DNA of 64,000 nucleotides from an uncultured Planctomycetota bacterium (GTDB lineage Bacteria; Planctomycetota; Phycisphaerae; Tepidisphaerales; Tepidisphaeraceae): contig CAWJEN010000006.1 of NCBI GenBank assembly GCA_963841915.1, positions 1,344,001 through 1,408,000 on the forward strand, in the 5' to 3' direction. A model generated the notes under the pieces. The model worked only from the letters and a program-made list of their open reading frames with translations. It searched no databases and was not told the DNA's origin. Positions 60,869-64,000 of the stretch are shown in pieces; position 1 is the first letter of the stretch; every line of letters begins with the position of its first letter. The position numbers and the translations under genes are program-made.

Positions 60869-61000
60869 GCGGCGCGGCGTAAGGCCCGGTCGATGGCCGT
60901 GCATCTGACGGGTCCGGGGCCGTACACTCTCGACCGCTCGCCGTGCCGATTCGGCACGCGACGCGCGGACAAGGACGTCCACCCGACTCTCCCAACGCTT

Positions 61001-62204
61001 ATGCCTGTCACGACCGTCCACCACCAAACCGTCGAACGCCTTGAAATCCTGCACCAGGACGGCACGCTCGACGAATCGTTGGCCGCCGACGTGCGCGATG
61101 TGCTCGATGACAAGTCGCTCGTCGATCTGTACCACGAAATGCTCGTCAGCCGTGAGCTGGACGAAGCGGCCTATCGCCTGCAACGCAGCGGCAGAATGGG
61201 CACCTACCCGCAGAGCAAAGGCCAGGAGGCGGCCAGTCTTGGGGCGGCGTTGGCCCTGAAGCGGGGTCACGACCACATCGTTCCGGCCTATCGCGAGAAC
61301 TGCGGTCTGTTCCACCACGGCCTGCCGATGCACCAGGTGCTGCTTCACTGGATGGGCGACGAGCGGGGCAACCAGATCGACCCGAAACTGCGGATCAGCC
61401 CGATCTGCGTGGCGATCGGAGCCCAGATCTGCCACGGCGCAGGCCTCGGCTGGGCCGCCCGCATCGAGAACCAGAAGCACGGCGGCGTGGGGGGGGGGGG
61501 GTGTGGGGGGTGTGGGGGGCGACGCGGTCGTCATGACGTTCTTCGGCGACGGTGCGACGAGCGAAGGCGCGTTCCACGACGGCTTGAATTTCGCGGCAGT
61601 CACCGACGCGCCGGTCGTCTTCGTCTGCATGAACAACGGCTGGGCGATCAGCGTGCCGACGCGTCAGCAGACCCGCAGTGAGACATTTGCACAAAAAGCC
61701 CACGCGTACGGAATGCCGACGATTCAGGCCGACGGCAACGACCTGTTCGCCAGCTACAAGGCCTGTCGCGACATGGTCGCACACGCCCGGGCAGGCAACG
61801 GGCCCGCGTTCGTGGAGCTGACGACGTATCGCCTGGCCGACCACACGACGGTCGACGACGCCAGCCGGTACCGCACGAAAGAAGAGCACGAGGCCGGCGT
61901 GGCCAGCGATCCGCTGCTACGCATGCGTCGTTACCTCACGAAGGCCGGCCGGTGGGACGACGAGAAGGAAGCCGAAGCCCAGGCACGGGCCAAGCGGATC
62001 GGCAAGGAAGTTGTCAAAGTTGCGACCGAAATTGAGCCGCCCGATCCGAACGGCATGTTCGAGCACCAATACGAGACGCCGCCGAAAGAGCTGATCGTGC
62101 AGCGTGACACCCGGCACACCAACGGCATCGGTCAGTCGCCGCGCCAGGAGCGTTTGCGTCAACCGGACCTTGCAGAAGTCGCCCTTTCCGCCGTCGGGAT
62201 CTGA
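61001..62204 (+). CDS. pdhA: Pyruvate/2-oxoacid dehydrogenase E1 alpha subunit, frameshifted as assembled at the G13 run 61489-61501
   Basis: The 5' part (LQRSGRMGTY, GQEA, PAYRE) and the 3' part (FGDGATSEG, NNGWAIS, TYRLADHTT) are in different frames; removing one G restores a single ORF. Confidence 0.88.
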
Positions 62205-62207
62205 CGC

Positions 62208-63179
62208 ATGGCCCACCTGAACCTTGTCGAGTCGATCAACCGCACGCTGCGTCGCGAGATGGAGCTGGACGACCGTGTGATGCTCCTTGGCGAAGACATC
62301 GGCCCCAACGGCGGCGTCTTCCGTGCAACCGACGGCCTACACGCCACGTTCGGCGACGATCGCGTCCGGGACACGCCGCTGAGCGAAAGCGGCATCATGG
62401 GCACTGCCGTCGGGTTGGCCCACGCGGGCATGCGGCCTGTGCCGGAGATTCAGTTCGAGGGGTTTCTGGGGCCGGCATTCGACCAGCTCGTCAACCAGGC
62501 CGCCCGGTGCCGTGCCCGGAATCGAAGCGGCCTGACCTGTCCGCTGACCGTCCGCGTCCCCGTCGGTGGCGGCATCCACGCGCCCGAGCTGCACAGCGAC
62601 TCCCCCGAGAGCATTTACGTCCACACGCCTGGCCTGAAGGTGCTGATGCCCTCTCGCCCCCGCAGCGCCGCCGGCCTGCTGGCGGCCGCCATCCGCGACC
62701 CCGACCCGGTCGTTTTCTTCGAGCCCAAGCGGGTCTACCGCAGCTTCAAGGAAGACGTGCCCGATGACATCCTGCTCAACATCGGCGAGGCGGAGGTCCT
62801 CGAAGAAGGCGACGACGTCACGGTCATCAGTTGGGGCTCGAGCGTGTTCCAGTGCCTCGAGGCGATCGACGCCCTGCCGGACCACATGTCGGCCGAGCTG
62901 ATTGATTTGCAGAGTTTGTGGCCGATCGACGTCGACACGATCGTCAAAAGCGTCAACAAGACCGGCCGCTGCGTCGTCGTCCACGAAGCCCCTAAGACCT
63001 GCGGTCTCGGTGCTGAAATCGCGGCGATTCTCCAGGAGAAGTGCTTTCTGAACCTCGAAGCCCCGATCCAGCGCGTGGCGGGCTTTGACGTGACGATGCC
63101 GTACTACAAGCTGGAGCTGGACTACCTGCCGGACAAAACCCGCATCGGCAAGGCGGTTCGGGAGACGGTGAGCTACTAG
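62208..63179 (+). CDS. pdhB: Pyruvate/2-oxoacid dehydrogenase E1 beta subunit
   Basis: GEDIG..GGVFRATDGL, DTPLSESGI, EIQF, HSDSPE and FFEPKR motifs. Confidence 0.93.
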   Translation: MAHLNLVESINRTLRREMELDDRVMLLGEDIGPNGGVFRATDGLHATFGDDRVRDTPLSESGIMGTAVGLAHAGMRPVPEIQFEGFLGPAFDQLVNQAARCRARNRSGLTCPLTVRVPVGGGIHAPELHSDSPESIYVHTPGLKVLMPSRPRSAAGLLAAAIRDPDPVVFFEPKRVYRSFKEDVPDDILLNIGEAEVLEEGDDVTVISWGSSVFQCLEAIDALPDHMSAELIDLQSLWPIDVDTIVKSVNKTGRCVVVHEAPKTCGLGAEIAAILQEKCFLNLEAPIQRVAGFDVTMPYYKLELDYLPDKTRIGKAVRETVSY

Positions 63180-63202
63180 CGTTGGCTGCAGAGGAGTAAG
63201 TC

Positions 63203-63460
63203 GTGTCGCGCAAGCAAAAGCTCCTGGACCAGATACTGAGCGGGCGTCACGACCAGACGATTCGGTTCGACGCCTTGTGCGGCCTGCTGGCGACGCTCGG
63301 CTTCGCCGTACGGATCACCGGCAGCCATCGTATTTTCAACCGCGAGAACGTGGTAGAGTTGCTCAACCTGCAACCGCGACCGGACGGAACCGCCAAGCCC
63401 TATCAAGTGAAGCAGGTCCGCGACGTCCTTGTGACCAATCAGATCGGTTTCGACTCATGA
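63203..63460 (+). CDS. hicA: HicA family toxin
   Basis: GSHRIF...LNLQP..GTAKPYQVKQVR motif. Confidence 0.9.
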   Translation: MSRKQKLLDQILSGRHDQTIRFDALCGLLATLGFAVRITGSHRIFNRENVVELLNLQPRPDGTAKPYQVKQVRDVLVTNQIGFDS

Positions 63461-63663
63461 AGTATGAAGTGATCATTTATTGGAGCGAAGAGGATCAGGC
63501 ATTTATCGCCGAGGTGCCGGAGCTTCCCGGCTGCAAGGCCGATGGGGCGACGAAGGAAGCTGCGCTTGCGATGGCGGAGAAAATCGCCGAAGAGTGGATT
63601 GAAACCGCAAAGTCACTCGGTCGAAAAGTGCCTGAGGCAAGAGGTCGACTCGTGTTTGCGTGA
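63457..63663 (+). CDS. hicB: HicB family antitoxin (short form)
   Basis: MKYEVIIYWSEEDQAFIAEVPELPGCKADGAT; ATGA overlap with hicA. Confidence 0.92.
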   Translation: MKYEVIIYWSEEDQAFIAEVPELPGCKADGATKEAALAMAEKIAEEWIETAKSLGRKVPEARGRLVFA

Positions 63664-63686
63664 GCCCGTCGCGACGGTTAGCCTGC

Positions 63687-63796
63687 CCGGTGCCACGGTT
63701 TGAGCCGCGTTCTGATGCGGGCAAAACGTGTCGGTGATGTACCGAGCACCGACACGGCTTGCCCGCCGCGGACGGCGGCTCAAGCCGTGGCACCGG
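63687..63796. repeat. Long REPIN-like hairpin
   Basis: Outer arms CCGGTGCCACGGTTTGAGCCGC and GCGGCTCAAGCCGTGGCACCGG (1 mismatch), plus inner arms GCGGGCAA..CGTGTCGGTG and CACCGACACG..TTGCCCGC. Confidence 0.75.
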
Positions 63797-63814
63797 TCGG
63801 CATAATCTTCCTGC

Positions 63815-64000
63815 ATGCCCGCCACCGGTCTGCACCACGTCACGATCGTCTCCGGCGACGCACAGGTCAACGTTGACTTCTGGGGCGGTGTCCTCGGGCT
63901 GCCGATGGTCAAAAGGACCGTCAATTTCGACGACCCGCAGACCTACCACCTCTACTACGGCGACGACCCGGCGACGCCGGGGACATTGCTGACGTTCTTC
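63815..64000 (+). CDS. Ring-cleaving dioxygenase, glyoxalase/VOC family (partial; not in ORF track)
   Basis: MPATGLHHVTIVSGDAQVNVDFWGGVLGLPMVKRTVNFDDPQTYHLYYGDDPATPGTLLTFF. Confidence 0.9.
   Translation, partial: MPATGLHHVTIVSGDAQVNVDFWGGVLGLPMVKRTVNFDDPQTYHLYYGDDPATPGTLLTFF

Overview
High-GC bacterial chromosomal segment, most likely from a Planctomycetota member (Phycisphaerae/Tepidisphaerales-like). This is inferred from PEP-CTERM/dockerin surface proteins, a prepilin/H-X9-DG protein and the flagellar gene order. Layout: (1) 1-13 kb looks origin-proximal, with two perfect parS palindromes, gyrB, a two-domain PTPS/QueD, and a lone phage/plasmid-type wHTH initiator-like gene carrying an internal 12-bp inverted repeat, five 23-bp-periodic iteron-like units and an AT-richer patch. 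It also holds a diverged, terminally truncated flagellin-like ORF with a sigma28-type promoter. (2) 13-39 kb is a flagellar basal body/hook/export cluster (flgB to fliA) lacking motAB and fliM, plus divergent TPR and FlgN-like genes. (3) 39-55 kb holds housekeeping genes (LolA-like, Nei, Bpt, CNNM/CBS, purB, trmB, GH4, PEP-CTERM nuclease, nuoC, DAGK, tRNA-Arg, tRNA-Gly, fabI). (4) 55.4-60.2 kb is an accessory patch. It contains a cassette bounded by a ~180-bp direct repeat that encodes a CxxC/RGPP leader, a prepilin-like protein and a His-motif PEP-CTERM protein (putative ribosome-stalling, metal-responsive surface system), followed by REP doublets, a RAYT remnant and gene fragments. (5) 60.2-64 kb holds a flavin reductase, pdhA (frameshifted in a G13 tract), pdhB, hicAB and a partial ring-cleaving dioxygenase. 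All calls come from motif recognition by eye; no searches were run.
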